Shown here: piece after piece, positions 31,998 through 40,893 of the stretch
How positions within the stretch are numbered: the first letter of the stretch is position 1
How the letters are laid out: every line of letters starts with the position of its first letter
DNA from: Bacillales bacterium UBA3789
GTDB taxonomy: Bacteria; Bacillota_I; Bacilli_A; RF39; UBA660
Direction of reading: 5' to 3'
DNA: 64,000 nucleotides
Assembly (NCBI GenBank): GCA_002369415.1
Contig: DFEZ01000011.1
Location: 145,410 to 209,409, forward strand
Position numbers and translations under genes: made by a program
Notes under the pieces: generated by a model
Told to the model about the DNA's origin: nothing
What the model saw: only the letters and a program-made list of their open reading frames with translations
Database searches by the model: none

Positions 31998-32707
31998 AAA
32001 TTATAATATACGTCTTGAACATCATCTAGGTCTTCTAGTGTATCTACTAGTTTCATTACTTTTTCTTGACCTTCTTCATCTAGTTCTACTTCCATATTTG
32101 GAATATATGTTAATTCACATTCTAAGAATTCTTTAACATCTGCTGCTTCTAAAGCATCTCTTACTGCAGTAAATGTATTTTGATCAGTTGTAATTAAGTA
32201 ATTTCCTTCTACTGATTCAAAATCTAGTGCTCCTGCATCAAGTGCAGTCATCATCATAGTATCTTCATCATATTCTCCAGGAATTACTATTGATCCTTTT
32301 CTTTCAAACATATAACTTACTGAACCGTCTGTTCCTAAGTTTCCACCTGCTTTAGTGAATGCTGCTCTTACTTGTGAAGCTGTTCTATTACGGTTATCTG
32401 TTAAACAATCAACCATAAAAGCAACTCCTCCATGTCCATAACCTTCATATCTTACTGATTCGAAGTTTGCATCACTTCCAGCTCCAGTAGCTTTTTCTAT
32501 TGCTTTTTGTATATTATCTTTAGGCATGTTTTGAGCTTTAGCTTTATCAACTGCTAAACGTAATGCCGCATTTTGACTCGGATCGGGACTTCCTCCTTTT
32601 GCAGCTACCATTATTTCTTTAGCTAACTTTTGGAATACTTTTCCACGAGCTGCATCAATTAATCCTTTTTTTCTATGAATTGTAGCCCACTTTGAATGTC
32701 CACTCAT
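31985..32707 (-). CDS. yebC: YebC/PmpR-family probable transcriptional regulatory protein
   Basis: MSGHSKWATIHRKKG... invariant N-terminus of the YebC family; 240 aa. Confidence 0.9.
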   Translation of the reverse strand: MSGHSKWATIHRKKGLIDAARGKVFQKLAKEIMVAAKGGSPDPSQNAALRLAVDKAKAQNMPKDNIQKAIEKATGAGSDANFESVRYEGYGHGGVAFMVDCLTDNRNRTASQVRAAFTKAGGNLGTDGSVSYMFERKGSIVIPGEYDEDTMMMTALDAGALDFESVEGNYLITTDQNTFTAVRDALEAADVKEFLECELTYIPNMEVELDEEGQEKVMKLVDTLEDLDDVQDVYYNLKED

Positions 32708-32791
32708 AATAATACCTCCACTTCCAGTAATATGATAACATATTTCTTTGTTTTTTTAAATATTTTTGATAATATATATGTAGGTGATAGT

Positions 32792-33112
32792 ATGTATTTG
32801 CTTGTTAATAACAAAAGAATTAAAATTAAAGAGTATACTAAGTTTAAAGATAGATTTAAAACATTTAAGTTTTACTTAGAACCAATCGATTTTGGAATTA
32901 AATTACCTAAAAAGAAAAGAGCAACGACTACTTTCTTTTGTCAAAGAGTAGATATTTGTTTTACTGATAAAGATGAAAAAATACTATATCTATATGAAGA
33001 TGTTAGAAGTGAAAAAAGAATATTCAAGTTAAAATCTAAAAATATATATTATCTTCCATTAAATACAGTTAAATATTTAAAAGTAGGAGAAAAATTAAAA
33101 ATAATAAAATAA
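32792..33112 (+). CDS. Hypothetical small basic protein
   Basis: Start trimmed to ATG 32792 (MYLLVNNKRIKIK...), which has an AGGTGA RBS; the longer track ORF from 32696 overlaps the yebC start with no RBS. Confidence 0.4.
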   Translation: MYLLVNNKRIKIKEYTKFKDRFKTFKFYLEPIDFGIKLPKKKRATTTFFCQRVDICFTDKDEKILYLYEDVRSEKRIFKLKSKNIYYLPLNTVKYLKVGEKLKIIK

Positions 33113-33138
33113 AAAGAGATATTAATCTCTTTTTTTAT
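33110..33138. terminator. Bidirectional intrinsic terminator between the convergent 32792 gene and the Hpt-REC gene
   Basis: AAAAAGAGATATTAATCTCTTTTTTT, almost identical to the pyrH/addA terminator. Confidence 0.6.
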
Positions 33139-33932
33139 GCTTTTCCTTTAACTATTAATGTCTTTTCAATTACCATTTTAACATTTTGATCATTAAATGG
33201 TTTACTTAACATATCAACTATATCATAAGTAAATGCTCTATCAATTGTTTCTTTAGATGAGTCTCCTGAAATGATTGATACTGGCATTTTTTGTAATAAT
33301 TGGTTTTCTCTCATATATTCTAGTACAGCAAATCCATCTTTTACTGGCATATTTAAATCTAGTAAAATACCAACTATATTGTCATTATCTTTATTAGCAT
33401 CAATTATTCTAATAGCTTCTTCTCCATTTTTTGCAGTTCCAACATTATATTTCTCTGCAAAGATTCTTTTTACGAAGTTTCTTACTATATTAGAATCATC
33501 TACAACTAATATTGTTTCAGAATTATATTCATCTTCATTTTCACTTATTACTGGCATTTTAATTTCTTCTTCATTACCATTCATATATTCTTGAATTAAT
33601 ACTATTGCTTTATTTGTTTCATTAATTAAGTCATTTATATGCTCTGTTACGTAGTATAGGTCCCCTGCTTTACTTTTTAATTCATGTTCATAAGCCATAT
33701 CAGCTAGTTTAGTAAATCCAAAGTACTTAGCATCACTCTTCATTGAGTGAACATATATTGCGTAGTTAGGCATATCTTTGTTTTGCATAAAGGTAATTAA
33801 ATCTTTAATTTTAGAATGAATACCTACAAGAAATTCTCCAATTGTATCATTGTATGTATTGATATCTCCAAATAGTTCTAAACTCTTCTTAATGTCTACT
33901 CCGTTCTTTTCTAAAAACTCTATACTCTTCAT
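33135..33932 (-). CDS. Hpt (histidine phosphotransfer) domain - response regulator receiver domain fusion protein
   Basis: N-terminal helical domain with Hpt signature HSMKSDAKYFG (phospho-His). C-terminal CheY-like REC domain (ILVVDDSNIVRNF ... LLDLNMPVKDGF ... SGDSSKE) with phospho-acceptor Asp in LLDLNMP. Confidence 0.6.
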   Translation of the reverse strand: MKSIEFLEKNGVDIKKSLELFGDINTYNDTIGEFLVGIHSKIKDLITFMQNKDMPNYAIYVHSMKSDAKYFGFTKLADMAYEHELKSKAGDLYYVTEHINDLINETNKAIVLIQEYMNGNEEEIKMPVISENEDEYNSETILVVDDSNIVRNFVKRIFAEKYNVGTAKNGEEAIRIIDANKDNDNIVGILLDLNMPVKDGFAVLEYMRENQLLQKMPVSIISGDSSKETIDRAFTYDIVDMLSKPFNDQNVKMVIEKTLIVKGKA

Positions 33933-34001
33933 ATAAACACCTCTATTTTTACTCTATTAAAATTATAACATAAAAAATAGAAAATATTACAATATTTTCT
34001 A

Positions 34002-34730
34002 TTATTTTACTCCACTATTATTATTTCTCCTATTATAAATAATTGGATAATCATAGTATGGCTTATCAAGTCTAGTTTTTACAAGTTGTCCCATACCTTT
34101 TTCTTCTACTTGTCTTTCTGCATAAAGAATTGTTGAATCTATCCACTCATCATCTGATTCATAAAAATCAAATTCATCACCGTGAGGGCCACCTTCACAT
34201 AGTCCAAGTATAAAGTCTGTTCCATATACTCTAACTATGTCTATTAAATCGTTTGCTCCACCGCATGGCTTTAAGGCTACAAATAAGTCAACTTCTCCCC
34301 AATTAAATGTTTTATCACGGACTTTTGCTTTATCTCTTACTATAGTCATCTTATCTGTATCTTGTTTATATTTAGAAATAAGTGGGTCAAATAAAATTAT
34401 TCTTCCGTTTTTCATTTGTTTTGAAATTCTCTCACCTAATCTTGGTAGTATACCAGAGCCAATTTCCACTATAGTCTTATCTCTAAAATCCGGATGAACT
34501 TCTTCAAGTAATTTTATAAAATCTAGATATAAATTTCTGTCATCTGGAATCAATCCCAATTCATCAAGCATTTCTCTTATCAAATCATTATCTAAATTTC
34601 TATCAGTTGGTCCCATTCCAAATGAATTTCTTAAATATCTTTCTTGATATTTATCGAATTCTCCTGGATAAGTAGTTAAATGTTTATTTAATAACATGCA
34701 ATTATGTATCGGATTACTTCCGGTTGCCAT
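34002..34730 (-). CDS. Hypothetical protein, possible Rossmann-fold (class I methyltransferase-like: IVEIGSGILPRLG)
   Basis: Start set at MATGSNPIHN (GGGGGA RBS), 75 nt inside the longer track ORF that would overlap the upstream gene. Confidence 0.4.
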   Translation of the reverse strand: MATGSNPIHNCMLLNKHLTTYPGEFDKYQERYLRNSFGMGPTDRNLDNDLIREMLDELGLIPDDRNLYLDFIKLLEEVHPDFRDKTIVEIGSGILPRLGERISKQMKNGRIILFDPLISKYKQDTDKMTIVRDKAKVRDKTFNWGEVDLFVALKPCGGANDLIDIVRVYGTDFILGLCEGGPHGDEFDFYESDDEWIDSTILYAERQVEEKGMGQLVKTRLDKPYYDYPIIYNRRNNNSGVK

Positions 34731-34791
34731 ATTATCCCCCCAAAAAACAGGTTTTATTATAACATATATTCTATATTTTTCAATGCTTTTT

Positions 34792-35484
34792 TTATAATTT
34801 AACATCTACCATTACTGGGTAATGATCACTTATATTTAAATCTTCTATTACTTTCTTATCTAATAACTTAAATTCATTCGATAAAAATATATGATCAATT
34901 TCTCTTTTATACTTAGAGATTTTTAAAGTTTTATGATTAAATTCAACTCTATAGATACCTTTTTCTTTTAAAGAATCTTCAAATTTATTAAATATTTCTT
35001 TATTATTTTTTAAGTTGAAATCACCCATTAATACTATTAGGTTATCATCATGAGCAATTAAATCATATATCTTGTTTAATTGCTTTTCTTTTACTCTTTG
35101 GTTTCTTACTTCTAAGTGAGTATTATATATACTTATTAATTTACCTTCATATTCTATTACAACTTTAGTTAATATTCTTTTTATAGGTGAGGGAAAAAAA
35201 GGAAGACGATATGTCTCCTTTTCTATAACCTTTTTATTTGTAATTATTGGAGTCATTTCATTAATGTGTCTTAATATGAATCTTGAATAAAATCTATATT
35301 TTCCAAAGTAACTATAATCATTATCTATTCTTTTACATATATCTTTATCACATAAATAGAATACTTCTTGTAGACCTAAGATATCTATATTATTATCTTT
35401 CAAATACTTCATAATATCTTTAGTCTTATTTATATTATATTTTCTATAATTATTTTGAATATTAAATGAACTTATTCTTAACAT
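34792..35484 (-). CDS. Endonuclease/exonuclease/phosphatase (EEP) family protein
   Basis: LGLQEV, LMGDFN and SDHYPV motifs of the EEP fold. Confidence 0.7.
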   Translation of the reverse strand: MLRISSFNIQNNYRKYNINKTKDIMKYLKDNNIDILGLQEVFYLCDKDICKRIDNDYSYFGKYRFYSRFILRHINEMTPIITNKKVIEKETYRLPFFPSPIKRILTKVVIEYEGKLISIYNTHLEVRNQRVKEKQLNKIYDLIAHDDNLIVLMGDFNLKNNKEIFNKFEDSLKEKGIYRVEFNHKTLKISKYKREIDHIFLSNEFKLLDKKVIEDLNISDHYPVMVDVKL

Positions 35485-35498
35485 AGAATCACTTTCCT

Positions 35499-36773
35499 TT
35501 AATCTTTGAAGTCGAAATAGAACTTTAATATTCTAACTTGATCTCCTTCTTCTGCGCCTAATTCTCTTAGTTTATCATCGATACCCATTCTTCTTAATTT
35601 TTTAGCAAATCTATATACTGCTTCATCACTAGTGAATTTAGTCATTTTAAATATCTTTTCTACTTCATCACCTGATATTACCCATGTACCATCATCATCT
35701 CTAGTAATTGTGAATGGTTCTTCTTTCTTAAACTTATATAGTATATGACTTTCTATTTGTGAATCGTCATATAATGGATTAGATGGTATTGTATCTAGTA
35801 TATCTGCTAATCTATTGATTACTTTATCTAATCCTTTATTAGTAGCAGCACTTACTTCAAACACTTCTAAATCTACTTTCTTTTTGAATTCTTCTAAGTT
35901 TTCTTTTGCATTAGGTAGATCCATCTTATTAGCTATTACTATCATTGGTTTTTTCATTAATTTTTCATTGAATGCTTCTAATTCTTTATTTATTAATACA
36001 AAGTCTTCATATGGATCTCTTAATTCAGAGCCAGACATATCAACTACATGAGCAATTACTCTTGTTCTTTCAATATGTCTTAAGAATTTATCTCCTAAAC
36101 CTTCTCCAAGAGATGCTCCTTCTATTAATCCCGGAAGGTCTGCCATTACAAAACTTCTATTATCACTTGCTCTTACTACTCCTAAGTTTGGAGATAGTGT
36201 TGTAAAGTGATATGCTGCAATCTTTGGACGAGATGCAGAAACACATGAAATAATTGTACTCTTACCTACTGATGGTAATCCTACTAATCCTACATCTGCT
36301 AATAATTTAACTTCTACTTTTAAGTTTTTCTTTTCTCCTTCTTCTCCATTTTCAGAGTAGTCTGGAGCTGTATTTGTTTGGGTTTTAAATGCAGTATTAC
36401 CTCTTCCACCTCTTCCGCCTTTAGCAATAATTTCTTCTTGGTTTTTATGAGATAGGTCTGCAATTATTAAACCCGTATCCATATCAGTTACAACAGTTCC
36501 TAAAGGTACTTTTACAACAGTTGGTTCTGCTCCCTTACCATTTTGGTTCTTTCCTCTACCATTTTCTCCTTTAGGTCCTTTAATTGTTTTTTGATATCTT
36601 AAATCTAGTAATGTATGTAGTCCTTCATCTACTACGAAGATTATATCTGATCCATGTCCACCATTTCCTCCATATGGTCCTCCCATAGGTACGAATTTTT
36701 CTCTTCTAAATGCTGTACATCCGTCTCCACCATTACCTGCTTCAACTTTGATCATTACCTCATCTACAAACAT
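35499..36773 (-). CDS. obg: GTPase Obg/CgtA
   Basis: MFVDEVMIKVEAGNGGDGCTAFRREKF Gly-rich Obg fold, G1 GLPSVGKST, G3 DLPG, G4 NKMD, C-terminal OCT domain. Confidence 0.95.
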   Translation of the reverse strand: MFVDEVMIKVEAGNGGDGCTAFRREKFVPMGGPYGGNGGHGSDIIFVVDEGLHTLLDLRYQKTIKGPKGENGRGKNQNGKGAEPTVVKVPLGTVVTDMDTGLIIADLSHKNQEEIIAKGGRGGRGNTAFKTQTNTAPDYSENGEEGEKKNLKVEVKLLADVGLVGLPSVGKSTIISCVSASRPKIAAYHFTTLSPNLGVVRASDNRSFVMADLPGLIEGASLGEGLGDKFLRHIERTRVIAHVVDMSGSELRDPYEDFVLINKELEAFNEKLMKKPMIVIANKMDLPNAKENLEEFKKKVDLEVFEVSAATNKGLDKVINRLADILDTIPSNPLYDDSQIESHILYKFKKEEPFTITRDDDGTWVISGDEVEKIFKMTKFTSDEAVYRFAKKLRRMGIDDKLRELGAEEGDQVRILKFYFDFKD

Positions 36774-36793
36774 TGTTTCACCTCCCTGTTTTA

Positions 36794-38728
36794 TTATGCA
36801 GCAATTTGTAATTGATTTGCATTTTGATCTTGCATTTGTTGTTGTAATGCTTGAACTTGTTGTCTACTTGTTTTTATTTGTGTACTACCTGTAACAGTTA
36901 TTTTATTTCCTGGTCTACTTAGTATATCGAATAGTGTTCTATTAAATTCACTCTTACTACGATATCTACCAGCTTTGAATTCATGGAATGCTGCTTTTAT
37001 TTTATTAAACATTCCACCCATTTCTCTTTCTTTTGTAGCTATTGCTTCTAAATCATCAGCCTGTTCTCCATATACTTCAGCTTTACTTTCAAAATGCCTA
37101 TTAATCATTCCTCTCTTCATCTCAACGAACATCTTAGGTGTCATTACTCTCTTCTGGAATCCTTCTATTTTAGTTTGTGCATTTTGAATGCCTTTTATTC
37201 TATATTTTAGTCTTGTTATTTTTCTATCTATACTTCTCTTTTGATATTCAGTCTTTAGACCTTTTTTTAATTCTTCTAATTCTTGTATTTGTTTTCTTAT
37301 TTTTATAATTTTAGCGCTTCTACTGTTATACATTTCATCTAAGCCATTTACTATAACGTTATCATCATAACTTAGATTTAATTCTCTTAGTCTTGCTATT
37401 TCTTTATCAATTTCTCTTGCTCTAGTTTGATACATCATATCAATAGGACCAATACCAGTTCTTTTTCTTAAGTATCTACTTTTCTTAATTTCTAGTTTTT
37501 TTATCTTTTCTTTTATTAAACTAGAATAAGTAGTTTCATGTTGATCATCGAAAATAGCTTCTTCTCTTTCTTTAAGAGCATTACGTAGTTTTTCTCTTAA
37601 TTCTTTGTTTTTAATTTCTTTAATTAAATCATTTATTCTATCTGCATTTTTTGGATCATGAAGTTCACTTTTTATTCTTGCAACTGCAAATCTAAATAAT
37701 TTATCCTTTTCTTTATCATCTAGCTTATCATAATTTTTATCTAAATATCTTACTATATCTTCAATTTCTTTACTATTAAATTGAACTTTTTCGTGTATAA
37801 TTCTACTTTCTAAATCTATTCTTAATGAATAACCTGACTTATTTATTTTATCTAATACATTAATTGTTTCATCTGAATCTTTTTCATCTCTTAATAATGC
37901 AATAACATTTTTAGTTATGATTTCTATATAATCATTATATTTACTTTGTTCAATTGTTTTATCTTTATCTAATAACTCTAATAATTCTATTATTTGAGTA
38001 CTAGATAATTTAACATCAACTCTTGGATATTTTTTATAAATATCATAAGCAAATTCATAATTATTAATTACTGGGAATGATTTATCTTCTCCCATTAAAT
38101 CCATTAGTTTAAATAATGTTTCTAGATCTTCATCTTTATTCTTTTTATAATCTTCTATATCCATACTATCAAGTTTAGCAATTAAAGAATCTCTTACGGC
38201 TTTAGCCATATCACTAATATTACTATTCTTGAAATTATTACTTTGTCTTAGTATTATTACTCTATTTCTTAAAGAATTAAATTTTGCAACTTCGTTTACT
38301 CCTAATCTATATTGCATACTTGATGGATTAGTATTTTCAATTCCATCATAGTTAATTGCTTGTAGATTTTGATCTTCATCAAGTTTTAATAATTTTGCCA
38401 TTTCTAATCTTGTTTTAAATAATTCTGCATTATATGGAGGAATCTGTGAAGTTAAGCTACTTAATTTATCAAGTTGCTCTTGTGATAAATTCATTGTTGT
38501 AAAATCTTCAGTTTCTATTCCTGTATAATTAATTCTTCTATATTCTGCACTGTTTTCAAATCCTATTATTGTTGCAATTTCATATCTTACACTATATATT
38601 TCCAGAGTTTTTAATTCATCTTCAACTTTTTTTATTTCTATTGAACTAGATGATGAAACATTTTTTAATTCTTGTAATTGTTGTTGTTTATATTTAATTA
38701 GTATTCTTACTTGTTCAATATTATACAT
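36794..38728 (-). CDS. Hypothetical large coiled-coil protein with Gln-rich C-terminus
   Basis: 644 aa, heptad-rich and K/E-rich throughout; ends QQVQALQQQMQDQNANQLQIAA; no TM segment. Confidence 0.45.
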   Translation of the reverse strand: MYNIEQVRILIKYKQQQLQELKNVSSSSSIEIKKVEDELKTLEIYSVRYEIATIIGFENSAEYRRINYTGIETEDFTTMNLSQEQLDKLSSLTSQIPPYNAELFKTRLEMAKLLKLDEDQNLQAINYDGIENTNPSSMQYRLGVNEVAKFNSLRNRVIILRQSNNFKNSNISDMAKAVRDSLIAKLDSMDIEDYKKNKDEDLETLFKLMDLMGEDKSFPVINNYEFAYDIYKKYPRVDVKLSSTQIIELLELLDKDKTIEQSKYNDYIEIITKNVIALLRDEKDSDETINVLDKINKSGYSLRIDLESRIIHEKVQFNSKEIEDIVRYLDKNYDKLDDKEKDKLFRFAVARIKSELHDPKNADRINDLIKEIKNKELREKLRNALKEREEAIFDDQHETTYSSLIKEKIKKLEIKKSRYLRKRTGIGPIDMMYQTRAREIDKEIARLRELNLSYDDNVIVNGLDEMYNSRSAKIIKIRKQIQELEELKKGLKTEYQKRSIDRKITRLKYRIKGIQNAQTKIEGFQKRVMTPKMFVEMKRGMINRHFESKAEVYGEQADDLEAIATKEREMGGMFNKIKAAFHEFKAGRYRSKSEFNRTLFDILSRPGNKITVTGSTQIKTSRQQVQALQQQMQDQNANQLQIAA

Positions 38729-38732
38729 TCAA

Positions 38733-39011
38733 TTACCTTTTATTCATCAATGCATCGATTTCTCGATTCATTAAATCTCTTACTTTTCTTTCTTCCTCTG
38801 GATCAGTTATTTTTTCAAATTTAAATTCTTTTTCTGATATTTGATTTAAAATAGATAAATATGAATATAAATTATCTTTATCAGCCACTTCACCTTTTGT
38901 ATATAAAACATATTCATGATTATATTCTTCTAACTGATAAAAATCTAATATTTCTACTTCTGTCAATTGTCCATCTTCATCGTAAACAGTCAATTTATTC
39001 ATATCATACAC
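38733..39011 (-). CDS. DUF1292 (UPF0473)-family small protein
   Basis: VYDEDGQLTEVEILDFYQLEEYNHEYVLYTKGE...ITDPEEERKVRDLMN matches the DUF1292 pattern (...DE-G-E..FEVL..FE...YVVL...DEEE...V). Confidence 0.55.
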   Translation of the reverse strand: MYDMNKLTVYDEDGQLTEVEILDFYQLEEYNHEYVLYTKGEVADKDNLYSYLSILNQISEKEFKFEKITDPEEERKVRDLMNREIDALMNKR

Positions 39012-39042
39012 CTCTATGATAATTATACATTATTCTTTACGA

Positions 39043-39068
39043 TAAAAAAAGAACCAAATGGTTCTTTA
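39043..39068 (-). terminator. Intrinsic terminator after rpmA (AAAGAACC-aaat-GGTTCTTT)
   Basis: GC-containing hairpin plus T-run. Confidence 0.6.
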
Positions 39069-39070
39069 CA

Positions 39071-39361
39071 CTATTCTGCTACTGGATAAACAGAAGCTTG
39101 TTTCTTATCTTTTCCTAAACGTTCAAATTTAACTATTCCGTCTACTGTAGTATAAATACTATCATCATTTCCACGACGAGTATTTGTTCCAGGGAACATT
39201 TTAGTTCCTCTTTGACGATATATTATAGAACCAGCTGTTACGAATTCACCGTCAGCTGCTTTAGCTCCTAATCTACGACCTGCAGAATCACGACCATTAG
39301 ATGTTGATCCTTGCCCTTTATGGTGAGCAAATAATTGGATATCTAATTTTAAAAATTTCAT
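39071..39361 (-). CDS. rpmA: 50S ribosomal protein L27 with N-terminal cleavable propeptide
   Basis: [11 protein letters not shown]|[15 protein letters not shown]...; the conserved mature N-terminus AHKKG follows an 11-aa Firmicutes-type extension. Confidence 0.95.
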   Translation of the reverse strand: MKFLKLDIQLFAHHKGQGSTSNGRDSAGRRLGAKAADGEFVTAGSIIYRQRGTKMFPGTNTRRGNDDSIYTTVDGIVKFERLGKDKKQASVYPVAE

Positions 39362-39372
39362 AATTCTCCTCC

Positions 39373-39675
39373 TTACTTAATTTCAATGTTTTCTGGATAA
39401 TTTCCAGATAATTCTTTTAAAAGACTAATCATATTATTGATTAATGCTTGAGTAATTTTATCATCACTCTTTACATCAATTGTCATACCTTTTTTACTAA
39501 CTAAATAAGTAATACTATTATTATCTATTGAAAGGATACCATTTACTGTAGTTGTAACTATACTGCTACATGCACTACAAACTATATCTTTTCCATAGTC
39601 ATCGAACATTGCATGTCCTAAAATAGTAATCTTTTTATATTTAGCACTTTCTTTAACAACTTTTACAGTAATCAT
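39373..39675 (-). CDS. prp: Ribosomal-processing cysteine protease Prp (YsxB family)
   Basis: 100 aa with catalytic His/Cys dyad context ([21 protein letters not shown]), located between rplU and rpmA. Confidence 0.85.
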   Translation of the reverse strand: MITVKVVKESAKYKKITILGHAMFDDYGKDIVCSACSSIVTTTVNGILSIDNNSITYLVSKKGMTIDVKSDDKITQALINNMISLLKELSGNYPENIEIK

Positions 39676-39678
39676 AAA

Positions 39679-39978
39679 TTATCCAATTTTAGTAATTTTG
39701 ATTTTTGTATAAGGTTGTCTATGACCTTGTTTTACACGATTAGATCTATCTTTTTGTTTATACTTGAATACTTTGATTTTTTTAGCTTTACCATTCTTGA
39801 TAACTTCACCTTGAACAGTAACACCAGTAAGATAAGGATTACCTACTTTCTTATCAAGCATTAATACTTGATCGAAATTTACTACATCACCAGATTCGCA
39901 ATCTAATTTTTCAACATAAATTTCAGATCCTTCTGCAACATAATATTGCTTTCCACCAACTTTAATTACAGCGTTCAT
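39679..39978 (-). CDS. rplU: 50S ribosomal protein L21
   Basis: MNAVIKVGGKQYYVAEG... canonical L21; GGAGG RBS. Confidence 0.95.
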   Translation of the reverse strand: MNAVIKVGGKQYYVAEGSEIYVEKLDCESGDVVNFDQVLMLDKKVGNPYLTGVTVQGEVIKNGKAKKIKVFKYKQKDRSNRVKQGHRQPYTKIKITKIG

Positions 39979-40082
39979 CTAATTTTACCTCCTTTTAAAT
40001 ATACTTAAGACTCGCTTTTGAGGTACGAAAATCGTTTAAAACCTTTTCAATGCGGTTTGAGCTTGAGGCGTCAAACACATAG
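39979..40082 (-). promoter_or_regulatory. Structured 5' leader of the rplU-prp-rpmA operon (candidate L21 leader autoregulatory RNA)
   Basis: Roughly 100-nt UTR between a consensus promoter and the rplU RBS. It is conspicuously GC-richer than surrounding DNA (gcggtttgagcttgaggcgtcaaac...) and contains complementary segments. Confidence 0.5.
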
Positions 40083-40111
40083 ATTATAACATGGAGAAGC
40101 CTTATTGTCAA
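40083..40111 (-). promoter_or_regulatory. Consensus sigma-A promoter for rplU operon (TTGACA-17 nt-TATAAT)
   Basis: Minus strand reads TTGACAataaggcttctccatgtTATAAT. The -35 is the reverse complement of 40106-40111 and the -10 of 40083-40088. Confidence 0.7.
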
Positions 40112-40132
40112 ACGCTTTCAAGGTAATTATAA
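40104..40132 (+). promoter_or_regulatory. Candidate promoter for pyrH (TTGTCA-17 nt-TATAAA), its -35 overlapping the -35 of the divergent rplU promoter
   Basis: Plus strand reads TTGTCAaacgctttcaaggtaatTATAAA. Confidence 0.45.
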
Positions 40133-40185
40133 AAGATTATTATAGAATTTTTATCTATATCTATGTTAGAATCAATATAAAGGAG

Positions 40186-40893
40186 TTGATTATTACGAAA
40201 TATAAGAGAATTTTATTGAAATTAAGCGGTGAAGTGCTTGCTGGAGATAAGAAAACAGGTATCGATTTTGAAAGAACTTTAGAACTTGCTAGAGAAATTA
40301 AAAAATGCCACGATGAAGGTTATGAAATTGGAATAGTTGTTGGTGGAGGTAATTTCTGGAGAGGTAAAAGTAATGAGTATATGGACAGAGCTACATCAGA
40401 CTATATTGGTATGTTAGGAACTGTTATGAATGCTCTTGCTTTAGGAGATGCTTTTAAACAAATTAATTGTCCTGTCAGAGTTCAAACTGGCGTTGAAATG
40501 AGACAAATTGCTGAATTCTATATTAAAGATAGAGCAATTAGACATATGGAGAAAGGAAGAATAGTAATATTTGGTTGTGGTACTGGAAGTCCATTCTTCT
40601 CTACTGATACAGCATCTGCTTTAAGAGCTGCTGAAATAAATGCAGATATACTAATCAAAGGAACTAAAGTAGATGGAGTTTATGATAAAGATCCAATGAA
40701 ACATAAAGATGCCAAGAAATATGATGAAATTTCTTATATAGACGTTTTAAATAAAAAATTAAATGTAATGGATTCTACAGCAATTAGTCTATGTATGGAA
40801 GAAGGTATTCCTATACTAGTTGTTAATATAAATGAAGAAAACATTATGTTAGATGCTATTAATGATCCAAAGATTGGAACACTTGTAAAATAA
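40186..40893 (+). CDS. pyrH: UMP kinase
   Basis: KRILLKLSGEVLAG ... GGGNFWRG ... FGCGTGSPFFSTDTASALRA motifs. The homology-defined N-terminus (ITKYKRILLKLSGE) has no properly spaced ATG. Candidate starts are TTG 40186 (abuts the GGAG) or ATT 40189/40192. The track's ATG at 40105 would add an implausible 28-aa extension. Confidence 0.8.
   Translation: MIITKYKRILLKLSGEVLAGDKKTGIDFERTLELAREIKKCHDEGYEIGIVVGGGNFWRGKSNEYMDRATSDYIGMLGTVMNALALGDAFKQINCPVRVQTGVEMRQIAEFYIKDRAIRHMEKGRIVIFGCGTGSPFFSTDTASALRAAEINADILIKGTKVDGVYDKDPMKHKDAKKYDEISYIDVLNKKLNVMDSTAISLCMEEGIPILVVNINEENIMLDAINDPKIGTLVK

Noticed and set aside
33271-37187. Plus-strand ORFs 33271-33594, 34237-34497, 35815-36051, 35972-36205 and 36975-37187
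   Set aside because: Antisense to the Hpt-REC gene, the 34002 gene, obg and the coiled-coil gene.
40105-40185. Long N-terminal extension of pyrH from the ATG at 40105 (MSNAFKVIIKDYYRIFIYIYVRINIKEL...)
   Set aside because: There is no RBS. The extension is hydrophobic, basic and non-homologous. It would start inside the divergent rplU promoter and be upstream of the predicted pyrH promoter -10, so it cannot be on the transcript if that promoter is used.
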